The notes beneath the pieces are model-generated. The model saw only the letters and a program-made list of their open reading frames with translations, ran no database searches and had not been told where the DNA came from. A stretch of 64,000 bases of DNA, from positions 348 to 64,347 of the forward strand of contig CAUFMB010000005.1 of NCBI GenBank assembly GCA_959026535.1, read 5' to 3'. The position numbers were made by a program, and so were the translations under genes. This document shows positions 9,300-18,359 of this stretch, piece after piece (position 1 is the stretch's first letter; each line of letters begins with the position of its first letter). The stretch comes from an uncultured Collinsella sp. (GTDB lineage: Bacteria; Actinomycetota; Coriobacteriia; Coriobacteriales; Coriobacteriaceae).

Positions 9300-10561
9300 T
9301 CACATTGTTTGTGGTGAGCGACTTTTCAAGCGATAAAACAGCACCGTCGTCAGCACCAGTACCACCAGCATAGCTGCGAACACAGCCGCCGGCGCCCATC
9401 GATCATATGCAAATCCGTATGTCAATTGGCCAATAGGCGTTGCGCAGGAAAGAGCCATATATACGACCGAAAGCACCTTTCCGCAGAGTTCCGCCGCGCC
9501 GCCCGCTGAACGAATGCAACGATTTCGACCGACGCAATACTCGCCCACACCATGACCCATGCCGAACCGACCGCAAGCGCAGCAAACACAATTTGGCCAG
9601 CGCCGCTCAGCAGCGTGACAGTAATCGGCACGACTCCAAAACAGATCATCGCAACGTATCGACATATGTCATTGAAGGAAAAACGATTCGGCCTAATACC
9701 GACCAAACCGCCGCCTGCAAGACCGCCCAGCCCCATAGCTGCCTCAATAATCCCAATGCAGGAAGATTGCATGCCGAGATGCCTGGTAACAATAACGGGT
9801 GCACCAATCGTTAACCCAACCAACGCAAGATTCAAAACAGCCGCAAGCAAAATCACGGCGAGCAACGAGGTGTTTTGGAGCAGGCACCGAATCGCTGACA
9901 TAAAATCGCTTTGACATGCCATACGAGTCGAGCTATCCCCCGTCATTTCAGAGGGGACATTTTGTTTGAGTGTGGCCCAAAACAGCAGCGTCGACATTGC
10001 AAACGCCACCGCCGCGATCGCGCAAAGGACGTCGATTCCAAAGCATCCGTAGACGGCTGTTCCAACCACGGGACCTAGAATATTGCTCGCCATGGTCGTC
10101 TGCGACACTAACGCGGTGGCCCGCTCGACCTTTTCCTTGCCGACCATGTGCAGCGTCTCAATTTGAAGTATCGGCTTCAGAATAGATTGAACGGCGTATT
10201 GGACGCACAGCATCACCGCCACAACAGCCGCAAGGGGCAACGAGCACTTCATGGGAACAAATAGCATCGCTGCAACCATTAAAGCAATACCGAGAGCTGC
10301 TAGAACGCCGCGATGCCCCTCTCGATCAGCTAATACTCCGCCAGCCGGAGTCGCAAGCACGCCCGGTATAAACGCTATAGCCGCGACGGCACCATATAGC
10401 GTTGACGAACCACTGCGGTCGAGCAAGTAAAGCGGGCACGCAAAGCACAGCGCCGACAACGTCGAATACACGCACAGCTGCGCAACGAGAAGACCGACGA
10501 GTCTTATAGGCAGCGCTGTCTTTGATGCTGATACGGCATCGAAGTCTCTCATCCCGTCCAT
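9300..10561 (-). pseudogene. MFS transporter (DHA3/EntS-like) with an apparent frameshift near 9490-9510
   Basis: The 386-aa ORF (9422-10582) turns to nonsense after ...IVAFVQR. The overlapping ORF 9300-9665 supplies a plausible continuation (AELCGKVLSVVYMALSCATPIGQLTYGFAYDRWAPAAVFAAMLVVLVLTTVLFY). The frames switch inside the GC run GCGGGCGGCGCGGCGG. Start set at MDGMRDF (AGGAGG RBS). Confidence 0.55.
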
Positions 10562-10576
10562 AGAGCTTTGCCTCCT

Positions 10577-10665
10577 ATACATACTATTGGTATGTATTTA
10601 ACGGCTCGAAAAGGGCGACCGTAGCCACCCTCTTACATCAATATATATACCGTTAGTATGTATAT
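10577..10665. promoter_or_regulatory. Two related palindromes between the tetR stop and the MFS start (candidate TetR operators)
   Basis: ATACATAC-tattg-GTATGTAT (10577-10597) and TATATAC-cgtta-GTATGTA (about 10644-10662). Confidence 0.35.
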
Positions 10666-11327
10666 TACCACCCGACACGGTTCCAAACGTCCCAAATTTG
10701 GCACGTTGTTTGAAGCACTTCTTCCCCCAAATCGAGACCCACTGCGGCCGCCATCTGCGTCAAACATTGCGCGCGAGCGACCATTCGCTCCTTGGGCTCG
10801 AGCGGACGGAACAATGGCAGCAGCCAAAGATTCGCTAGCAACGATACGGCCTCTGCTGCTTCGCGCGGGCATTCGCACGCAATGGAGCCGTCGGCGACGC
10901 CTTCCTCGATTACCGGCAAGAGATATCCATCGGCCGACTCGTCAAACGAACTCTGATACTGCATCGCCAGCAGACGCGAACTCTTTACCGGATCCGCCGC
11001 AGGATGTATGCGCGCCCAAAGCTCAATTTGTGGTACGACAGACTCAGGCGCATAAAGTCGCTTGAGCTTTTGGGCGCCCGTCATATTGCCAGCACCGAGC
11101 GTCGCGCGGCGGCGTTCAACAATCGGAGCCATCGCTCGATCAAACGCGGCGTTGAAAATCTCTTCTTTGCTCTTGAAGTGATGATAGATAGCGCCCTTGG
11201 TCATGCCATCGAGACGGTCAACGATATCCTGGATGCTCGTTCCCTCATAACCCTGTGCGCAGAATAGCTCCAGCGCCGCGTCGAGAATCTTCGCGACCGT
11301 CTCTTCGGGATATTTATTGCGACCCAT
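10665..11327 (-). CDS. TetR/AcrR family transcriptional regulator
   Basis: N-terminal HTH ILDAALELFCAQGYEGTSIQDIVDRLDGMTKGAIYHHFKSKEEIF. Lies directly upstream of the MFS gene. Confidence 0.85.
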   Translation of the reverse strand: MGRNKYPEETVAKILDAALELFCAQGYEGTSIQDIVDRLDGMTKGAIYHHFKSKEEIFNAAFDRAMAPIVERRRATLGAGNMTGAQKLKRLYAPESVVPQIELWARIHPAADPVKSSRLLAMQYQSSFDESADGYLLPVIEEGVADGSIACECPREAAEAVSLLANLWLLPLFRPLEPKERMVARAQCLTQMAAAVGLDLGEEVLQTTCQIWDVWNRVGW

Positions 11328-11401
11328 AATCCGCCCATCCGCAACGCAAGTCTTATTCCTTATTGCGATATTTTAACGTTGCGGATGGCAAACGGTCGGC
11401 C

Positions 11402-11740
11402 CTACACCGCGGCGGGGCCGTGTTCGCAGGTACGGATGCGGATAACCTCCTCGACCGGCTCGACCCAAATCTTGCCGTCTCCAACGGCACCGGTGCGAGC
11501 GGCGTTGCAGATGATGTCGACAATTCCGTCGACGTGCTCGTCGGCACAAATGAGCGTGAACTGCACCTTAGGGATCGTGTTGACAAGCAACTCGTTGCCG
11601 CGCACGTATTCCTTCCAGCCATGCTGCGCGCCGCAGCCCTGCACCTGATTGATAGTCATGCCACGAACATCGGCAGCAAACAACGCATCTTTGAGAACCT
11701 CAAGCTTCTCGGCACGAACGACCGCCGTAATCTTCTTCAT
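11402..11740 (-). CDS. glnK: P-II nitrogen regulatory protein
   Basis: 112 aa, MKKITAVVRAEKLEVLKDAL...GDGKIWV. Located downstream of amt. Confidence 0.95.
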   Translation of the reverse strand: MKKITAVVRAEKLEVLKDALFAADVRGMTINQVQGCGAQHGWKEYVRGNELLVNTIPKVQFTLICADEHVDGIVDIICNAARTGAVGDGKIWVEPVEEVIRIRTCEHGPAAV

Positions 11741-11896
11741 AGTGAATTCCTCTCTTTAATATAGAAATGAACCGCTCATTCACATGGCACGGGTTTTCCA
11801 GGTGCCCGAGATTGCCCCGAAAGAGGAGCGCCGCGTACTTCGGTACGCAAGCGACGGTTTGAGGGGCAAGGTCGGGTGCCTGGGAAAGCCGTGCTG

Positions 11897-13174
11897 CTAA
11901 TCGAGTCCGGAGAACGAGGGATATGCGCTCTCGCCGTGTTGACTCACATCCAGGCCCAGCGCCTCGTCGGCCTCGTCCACACGCAGGCTGCCGTGGAACA
12001 GCATCTTGACCACCGCGGCAATCACCAAATCGAGCACCAGTACAATAGCGACCGTCACCACAATGCCCAAAATCTGCGAGATGAGCAGCGACATGTCGCC
12101 CGTGTAAAACAAGCCACCCTTGCCGGTCCACGAAAGCTCCGGCACGCAGAACAGGCCCGTGAGCACGCCGCCCAAGATGCCACCGATGCCGTGGCAGCCG
12201 AACGCGTCGAGCGCATCGTCGTAGCCGAACTTGGTCTTAAGATGGCTGATGGCCAGGTAGCAGACGGGCGATACAATCAGGCCCATGACCAGCGCCGCCC
12301 ACGGCTCGACAAAGCCCGCGCCCGGCGTGACCACCACGAGGCCCGCAACCAGACCGGTGCTGGCACCCACCAGCGTGGGGCGACCGGTGTGCACGCGCTC
12401 GACGGCAAGCCACGAGACCATGCCCGCCGCGCTGGCCGTCACGGTGTTGAGGATGGCGAGCGCCGCCACGGCGTCGGCCTTAAACTCGCTGCCGCCGTTA
12501 AAGCCAAACCAGCCAAACCAAAGCAGGCCGGCGCCCAGCGCCACAAACGGCACGTTATGCGGACGGTAGCTCACCATGCCAAAGCCGCGACGACGGCCGA
12601 GCATCAGGCAGAGAATCAGGCCCGTCAGACCGGACGAGATGTGCACCACGTCGCCGCCGGCAAAGTCGAGCGCACCGATGATGTCGCCGATAAAGGAGCC
12701 CTCGCCGCCCCACACCATGTGGGCAAGCGGCGCATAGACCACGAGCAGCCAAATACCTAGGAAGGCCGCCATGGCACCAAACTTAACGCGGCCGGCCAGG
12801 CTGCCCGTGACGATAGCAGCCGTGATCATAGCAAATGCCATCTGGAAGGCGATGTTGATGATCTGAGGGTAGACGGCACCGTCCGACGCGGTGCCCTCAG
12901 CCGCCTGCAGCACCTGGTTGAGCACCGGCAAGCACAGCAGCTGGTCAAGGCCTCCAATAAACGGGCTGGAACCGTCGCCGCCGTAGGCCAGCGACCAGCC
13001 GGCAACAATCCACAGCACGCCGACCAGGCCAATGGCGCCAAAGCACATGAGCATGGTGTTGATGACATTTTTGCGCCTCGAGAGGCCGCCATAGAAAAAC
13101 GCCAGACCCGGTGTCATTAAAAACACGAGCATGGTGCAGATGAGCATAAACGTTGTCGATCCCGTATCGTACAT
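11897..13174 (-). CDS. amt: Ammonium transporter (Amt family)
   Basis: FMLICTMLVFLMTPGLAFFYGGLSRRKN and multiple TM helices. Start set at MYDTGSTT (AAGGGGGAG RBS). The track ORF starts at a TTG at 13231. Confidence 0.9.
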   Translation of the reverse strand: MYDTGSTTFMLICTMLVFLMTPGLAFFYGGLSRRKNVINTMLMCFGAIGLVGVLWIVAGWSLAYGGDGSSPFIGGLDQLLCLPVLNQVLQAAEGTASDGAVYPQIINIAFQMAFAMITAAIVTGSLAGRVKFGAMAAFLGIWLLVVYAPLAHMVWGGEGSFIGDIIGALDFAGGDVVHISSGLTGLILCLMLGRRRGFGMVSYRPHNVPFVALGAGLLWFGWFGFNGGSEFKADAVAALAILNTVTASAAGMVSWLAVERVHTGRPTLVGASTGLVAGLVVVTPGAGFVEPWAALVMGLIVSPVCYLAISHLKTKFGYDDALDAFGCHGIGGILGGVLTGLFCVPELSWTGKGGLFYTGDMSLLISQILGIVVTVAIVLVLDLVIAAVVKMLFHGSLRVDEADEALGLDVSQHGESAYPSFSGLD

Positions 13175-13277
13175 TCGCTCCCCCTTGATCGCATGAACGT
13201 TGTCGGCGCCCATAATGCGACCGAGGAGCAACTGGTGTAGACCAGATACGGCGTTGTTAAACGCTGCGTTGTCGAAT

Positions 13278-13330
13278 GGAAACGGCGCCGCAATCTTGGA
13301 AACGGCGCGGCAACGGGCGCGAAACGAACG
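13278..13330. promoter_or_regulatory. Phased direct repeats GGAAACGGCGC (x2) plus GCGAAACGAAC upstream of amt-glnK
   Basis: Copies begin at about 13278, 13298 and 13319 (20-21-bp period), 105-155 nt upstream of the amt start. Confidence 0.3.
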
Positions 13331-13372
13331 GGAAATACGCGAGCAAGGAAGCCGCGAGCGCTCCCATCCCGG

Positions 13373-14392
13373 CTAGCGTCGGAACAGCTCGCGGGCTCGG
13401 TCGCGGAGGTCGGTAGCTCGGATGACGCCCTCGTAGCGGTTGATGCGCAGACGCGGGAAGGCGTTAAAGAAGCGTAGGTCGCGGCGGCTGAGTGACACGC
13501 TCGGCACCGGACGGCTCATGCGCTTGCCGGCAAGGCGACGACTGAGCGACGGACGAGGCATGCTCGGCGCGGCATCGGCCACGCGGCGGGCAGCAAGTGC
13601 CAGACCGCGGGCACCGTCCGCGATAAACGTCGGCATCGAAGCCTTCTCTCGCAGGGCATCGAGCGTCGCGTCACCCAGCTCGGCCAGCCACGCGTTAACG
13701 GCACGGCTACGGATGTGCGTCTGTGTCACCGAGTCAATCGTCGATTCGGGAATGCGCTCGAGCATTGAGTCCGAGGCATCGGCAAGCGACTCATTGATGC
13801 GGTCGGCAAGGTCGGCGCGCACGCGCTCCAGCTGATCGGACAGACGCCGCCAGCTCGCCAACGAGCACGCCGCGTCGACCATCATCGCGACCGCGACGAT
13901 AAAGGCGGACAGCCGCACAATCAGCACCGGCAGATGGCCAAGCAGCCCCAGCAATGCCGGCTCCACTAAACGGCAAATGCACAGCGCACCCAGGCCAAAC
14001 GCGCAAGCCCAGTACAGGCAGATACGTCCGTGCAGGTTAAACGGTAGGTGCGAATAGTCCCAAAAGCGAGCGCCCGTTGTTTTTTCCAGCAGCACGCCCA
14101 CGCTGTACTCAATCACGCTGCATACGAGCGCTGCAGCGACAAACTGGCTCGAGGCATCCGGAATCCCACGCAACAGCAGCCAGCAGGCAATGCCGCCCGC
14201 GCCATAGATAGGGCAGCACGGCCCCAGCAAAAAGCCACTGTTGGCAAATCGTCCGTGGTTGAGCATGGCGCAGACTGTCGATTCCCATGCCCAGCCGCAA
14301 AAACCGTAGAAGGCAAACGAGAGCACCAGCGCCGAGAGCGGACAGGCGGCGAGCGTCGCGCCGTCAAATGCCATATCAATCGCGGTTCCCAC
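13373..14392 (-). CDS. Polytopic membrane protein of the 'putative ABC-transporter type IV' (PF06541-like) family with a charged C-terminal extension
   Basis: Signature FYGFCGWAWESTVCAMLNHGRFANSGFLLGPCCPIYGAGG and several hydrophobic helices. Confidence 0.65.
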   Translation of the reverse strand: MGTAIDMAFDGATLAACPLSALVLSFAFYGFCGWAWESTVCAMLNHGRFANSGFLLGPCCPIYGAGGIACWLLLRGIPDASSQFVAAALVCSVIEYSVGVLLEKTTGARFWDYSHLPFNLHGRICLYWACAFGLGALCICRLVEPALLGLLGHLPVLIVRLSAFIVAVAMMVDAACSLASWRRLSDQLERVRADLADRINESLADASDSMLERIPESTIDSVTQTHIRSRAVNAWLAELGDATLDALREKASMPTFIADGARGLALAARRVADAAPSMPRPSLSRRLAGKRMSRPVPSVSLSRRDLRFFNAFPRLRINRYEGVIRATDLRDRARELFRR

Positions 14393-14395
14393 CGT

Positions 14396-14929
14396 CTACC
14401 CTCTCCTCTTTTCGTTCGAGCCCTCGTTCGAATCGTTCGCGCCGCCTTTGCGCGGTAGACGGCCGGCGACCGTCTCGCGCAGCGCGCACCATTTATCTGC
14501 CAGGCATACAATCCAAGCCTCACGACACGTCGGCGGCACTGGCACCAGCGGAAACATATGCCGCACGATGATATTCCGCTCGCGCGACGTCAGCTCAAAA
14601 TCTTCCTCCGCACGTGCCAGGGCAAAAAACGGGTGGCGAAAGCCATGCAGCCGATGGCTTGGGTCGGGATCGTGCCAGTCATAGAGAAAGTAATCGTGCA
14701 GCAGGGCCCCGCGTAGCAACGAGGCGCGGTCGACCGAGACACCGACGCGGCCCAGGCGCTCGGCAAAGGACAGACTTGCCCGCGCCACCGAGGTCACATG
14801 CGCATACACCGTCACATCGCCATGCTGAATAAACTCGCGCGTCAGGTCCAGACGGCCCGCCTGTGCCAGTTGACGGGCAGCATGGTCCACTTCGCACGCG
14901 ATTTTCTCGGCACGAACGACATCGGACAT
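14396..14929 (-). CDS. HD-domain phosphohydrolase
   Basis: GALLHDYFLYDWH and HGFRHPF motifs. Start set at MSDVVRAEK (the track ORF begins at 15001). Near-abutting the downstream membrane protein gene. Confidence 0.7.
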   Translation of the reverse strand: MSDVVRAEKIACEVDHAARQLAQAGRLDLTREFIQHGDVTVYAHVTSVARASLSFAERLGRVGVSVDRASLLRGALLHDYFLYDWHDPDPSHRLHGFRHPFFALARAEEDFELTSRERNIIVRHMFPLVPVPPTCREAWIVCLADKWCALRETVAGRLPRKGGANDSNEGSNEKRRG

Positions 14930-15157
14930 GCTGCCTCCTTCCAGCGACTCACGGCGACAAGCCACGGCCTGTGCGCAATCGATAAAAACATCATGGAACA
15001 CATCAGTATGGCATCGGACAAAACGTTTTGCCCCGCCAGTTGGCGAATTACCGCGCCGCCGTCACATATCAAACGCCAAAATGTGCGAGACTGTTTTGTG
15101 CAATTGTGCCGGCCGAGGGAGCGCCGGCGCTCGATTCGCATGGAGTAACCCACAACG

Positions 15158-16942
15158 ATGCTGCTTACGCAAACGACAACGCCCGAGGACGTCAAGGCTC
15201 TCGACCGCGCCGAGCTTCCGCTGCTCTGCGGCGAGATCCGTCAGGCAATCCTCGAAAGCTCCGCCGCCGTCGGCGGGCACGTTGCCCCCAACTTGGGCGT
15301 CGTTGAGCTTACGGTTGCGCTTCATCGCGTGTTTAACTCCCCCATCGACAAGATTGTCTTTGACGTTTCGCACCAGACCTACGCCCACAAGGCGCTGACG
15401 GGGCGCGCGTACACTTATATCGATCCGGAGCGTTATGGTGAGGCTTCTGGCTTTGCCAATCCCGACGAGTCCGAGCACGACCTGTTCGCCATGGGTCACA
15501 CCTCGACCTCGGTGAGCTTGGGCTGCGGCCTTGCCCACGCGCGCGACCTGGCGGGCGATGCGTACAACGTCATTACCGTTATTGGCGACGGCTCGCTTTC
15601 GGGCGGCCTGGCGTTTGAGGGCTTTAACAATGCCGCCGAACTCGATAGCAACCTAATCATCATCGTCAATGACAACGACCAGTCCATCGCCGAAAACCAC
15701 GGTGGCCTGTATCGCAATTTGGCCGAGCTGCGCGCCAGTAACGGTACCTGTGAGCGCAACGTTTTCCGCGCGATGGGGCTCGACTACCGCTATCTGGACG
15801 CCGGTAACGATGTGTTGGCCCTCGTCGACGCGCTGCAGGAGCTGCGCGACATCGACCACCCCATCGTGCTGCACGCCTCGACCGCCAAGGGCAAGGGCTT
15901 TGAGCCAGCCCAAAACGACCCCGAGCGCTGGCATCACGTAGGCCCCTTTGACATGGCGACCGGCCGCAAGCTCTGCCCGGGCCATCCGAGCGAGCCTGCG
16001 CCGCGCACCTATGCCGACATTACGGGCGAGGCGCTCAGCGCCGCCATCGAGCGCGATCCGCAGGTCGTGGGCATCACGGCCGCCACGCCCTACATCATGG
16101 GTTTTACGCCCGAGCTTCGCGCTGCCGCCGGCAAGCAGTTTGTCGACGTGGGCATTGCCGAGGAGCACGCTGTGACCTTTGCCACCGCGCTTGCACGCTC
16201 GGGCGCCAAGCCAGTCTTTGGTGTGTACGGCACGTTTTTGCAGCGCGCCTACGACGAGCTCTGGCACGACCTGTGCCTCAACGACGCCCCTGCAACCATC
16301 CTGGTGTTTGGCGCATCGATCTTTGGCACCACGTCCGAGACGCACCTCTCGTTCTTTGATATTTCCATGCTGGGCGCTCTTCCCAACATGCGCTACCTAG
16401 CGCCGGCCTGCATGGAGGAATATCTGTCCATGCTGAGCTGGTCGCTCGACCACCGCGAGCATCCCGTGGCGATTCGTGTACCTGGTATTGGCCTGGTGAG
16501 CCGTCCCGATCTGGCGCCCGCCGAAGACACCGAGTACAGTGCCGTTCGCTACAACGTGGTGCGTCAGGGCCGCGACGTTGCCGTGCTCGCACTCGGCGAT
16601 TTCTTTGAGCTGGGCGAGCACGTGGCAAACCGCTTGGCCGCCGAGTACGGCATCGAGGCCACGCTCGTCAACCCGCGCTTTGCAACCGAACTCGACCGCG
16701 AGTTCCTCGATAGCCATGCTGCCGAGCATCGTGTTGTCGTCACCCTCGAGGACGGCATCTTGGACGGCGGCTGGGGCGAGCGCGTGGCGTGCTACCTGGC
16801 CTGCACGCCCGTGCGTACCCGCACCTTCGGCATCGCCAAGGGCTTCCCCGACCGCTACGACCCCAACGAATTGCTCGCACAGAACGGCATGACGGTCGAG
16901 AACATGGCCGCCGAAGCCGTAAGACTACTCAATCAGCACTAG
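15158..16942 (+). CDS. dxs: 1-deoxy-D-xylulose-5-phosphate synthase (transketolase-like)
   Basis: LPLLCGEIRQAILESSAAVGGHVAPNLGVVELTVALHRVF..DVSHQTYAHKALTGR, GHTSTSVS, GDGSLSGGLAFEG. 594 aa. Confidence 0.85.
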   Translation: MLLTQTTTPEDVKALDRAELPLLCGEIRQAILESSAAVGGHVAPNLGVVELTVALHRVFNSPIDKIVFDVSHQTYAHKALTGRAYTYIDPERYGEASGFANPDESEHDLFAMGHTSTSVSLGCGLAHARDLAGDAYNVITVIGDGSLSGGLAFEGFNNAAELDSNLIIIVNDNDQSIAENHGGLYRNLAELRASNGTCERNVFRAMGLDYRYLDAGNDVLALVDALQELRDIDHPIVLHASTAKGKGFEPAQNDPERWHHVGPFDMATGRKLCPGHPSEPAPRTYADITGEALSAAIERDPQVVGITAATPYIMGFTPELRAAAGKQFVDVGIAEEHAVTFATALARSGAKPVFGVYGTFLQRAYDELWHDLCLNDAPATILVFGASIFGTTSETHLSFFDISMLGALPNMRYLAPACMEEYLSMLSWSLDHREHPVAIRVPGIGLVSRPDLAPAEDTEYSAVRYNVVRQGRDVAVLALGDFFELGEHVANRLAAEYGIEATLVNPRFATELDREFLDSHAAEHRVVVTLEDGILDGGWGERVACYLACTPVRTRTFGIAKGFPDRYDPNELLAQNGMTVENMAAEAVRLLNQH

Positions 16943-16944
16943 AG

Positions 16945-16988
16945 AAAACCACCACAAAGGGGACAGGCACCTTTGTGGTGGTTTTCGT
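16945..16988 (+). terminator. Rho-independent terminator of dxs
   Basis: AAAACCACCACAAAGG-ggacaggca-CCTTTGTGGTGGTTTTCGTT. Confidence 0.8.
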
Positions 16989-17070
16989 TGCCGCCATTAT
17001 AGCGACCGCTGCGAGCGACCGTGCCGTCTGCAAAGCGCTATCTCAGCTGCAATATTCGGAGTTTTCCCAG

Positions 17071-17110
17071 ATAAAACCTGCCAAAATAAACCTGTCCCTT
17101 TTTAGTAGGT
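17071..17110 (+). repeat. Copy 1 of the 40-nt upstream element ATAAAACCTGCCAAAATAAACCTGTCCCTTTTTAGTAGGT
   Basis: One of four near-identical copies in the window. 115 nt upstream of the ABC substrate-binding protein start. Confidence 0.85.
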
Positions 17111-17152
17111 ACAATAACCCATAAGGTAAGTATGTTTCTGAGTTATTTCGTG

Positions 17153-17182
17153 TTGACCCATTTGAGCGCGATAGGGTATAAC
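17153..17182 (+). promoter_or_regulatory. Sigma-70-like promoter (TTGACC-18 nt-TATAAC) for the amino-acid ABC operon
   Basis: Hexamers read directly. About 45 nt upstream of the start codon. Confidence 0.4.
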
Positions 17183-17225
17183 TCTACTCAACCGCTAGGG
17201 ATTTTATTGAGAAAGGTGTTCTACC

Positions 17226-18221
17226 ATGAGCAAGAACCTCTCCCAGCAGGTCGTTCTCGACCGCCGCGGCTTCGTTGCCGCCACCTTCGCAACCGTCGCC
17301 GGCCTTGGTCTTGCCGGCTGCTCCGACACCAGCGCCGAGGCCGACAAGGGTTCCGCCGCCGGCTCCTCCAAGAGCTCCGAAGATACCGAGGCTTCCACCA
17401 CGCTCGACGCCAAGGCATTCGACAAGCTCGTCGACAACGGCCCCAAGGCCGATGACGACGCCATCGCTGCCAGCACCTGGGCCACGGCCGTTAAGGACGC
17501 CGGCGTCTTTAAGATCGGTGGCGTTCAGACCTCCACGCTCTTCTCCCTCCTCAACGAGAAAGACGGTCAGACCCGCGGCTTCGATGCCGGTATCGCACAG
17601 CTCCTGTCCAACTACATTCTGGGCGAGAACAAGGTCGAGATCACCCAGGTAACCTCGGACACGCGTGAGTCCGTCCTGCAGAACGGCCAGGTCGACGCCG
17701 TCTTCGCCACCTACACCATTACCGATGAGCGCAAGAAGCTCGTCTCCTTTGCCGGTCCCTACTACTACACGCAGCAGGCCATCCTGGTGCTCGCCGATAA
17801 CGACGACATCAAGAGCGTTGACGACCTGGCCGACAAGAACGTCGCCGTCCAGTCCGGCTCCAACGGCCCCGCCATCCTGGAGGAGTTCGCCCCCAAGGCC
17901 AGCCAGCAGGAGTTCAAGACCGACGAGGAGGCCCGCCAGGCACTCCAGCAGGGCCGCGTTGACGCCTACGTCATCGATAACAACATGCAGCAGAGCGCCC
18001 TGGTCCGCGAGCCCGGTAAGTACAAGATCGCCGGCAAGCCCTTCGGCAGCAAGGAGCCCTATGGCATCGGCCTGCCGCTCGATTCCGACGGCGTCGCCTT
18101 CGTTAACGACTTCCTTAAGAAGATCGAGGACGATGGCACCTGGACCGAGCTGTGGCAGATCTGCATCGGCGACCGTACGGGCGACACCAATGTTCCCGAG
18201 CTGCCCGAGATCGGCGCCTAG
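17226..18221 (+). CDS. Amino-acid ABC transporter substrate-binding lipoprotein
   Basis: RRGFVAATFATVAGLGLAGC (Tat-like signal plus lipobox) and type-2 periplasmic binding protein-like sequence. Confidence 0.85.
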   Translation: MSKNLSQQVVLDRRGFVAATFATVAGLGLAGCSDTSAEADKGSAAGSSKSSEDTEASTTLDAKAFDKLVDNGPKADDDAIAASTWATAVKDAGVFKIGGVQTSTLFSLLNEKDGQTRGFDAGIAQLLSNYILGENKVEITQVTSDTRESVLQNGQVDAVFATYTITDERKKLVSFAGPYYYTQQAILVLADNDDIKSVDDLADKNVAVQSGSNGPAILEEFAPKASQQEFKTDEEARQALQQGRVDAYVIDNNMQQSALVREPGKYKIAGKPFGSKEPYGIGLPLDSDGVAFVNDFLKKIEDDGTWTELWQICIGDRTGDTNVPELPEIGA

Positions 18222-18309
18222 GCAGCGAGCCTGGTAACGGCCGCAACGAAACCATACGGAAACGCACGATGTGCTTTATTGCGGTAAACTGTTTCCTCAC
18301 TGAGTTGTC

Positions 18310-18338
18310 GGGGCTTCCGTACACACGGGAGCCCCTTT
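18310..18338 (+). terminator. Intra-operon hairpin (partial terminator/attenuator) after the binding-protein gene
   Basis: GGGGCTTCCG-tacaca-CGGGAGCCCC followed by TTT. Confidence 0.4.
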
Positions 18339-18359
18339 CCTTACCGGCAGGAGGTCCGC

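Noticed and set aside
16789-17124. Recurrent peptide IKPAKINLSLF in ORFs 16789-17124 and 36157-36501, which could be mistaken for a conserved small protein
   Set aside because: It is simply the translation of the 40-nt upstream repeat. There is no RBS, and the surrounding ORF sequence differs and is non-coding in character.
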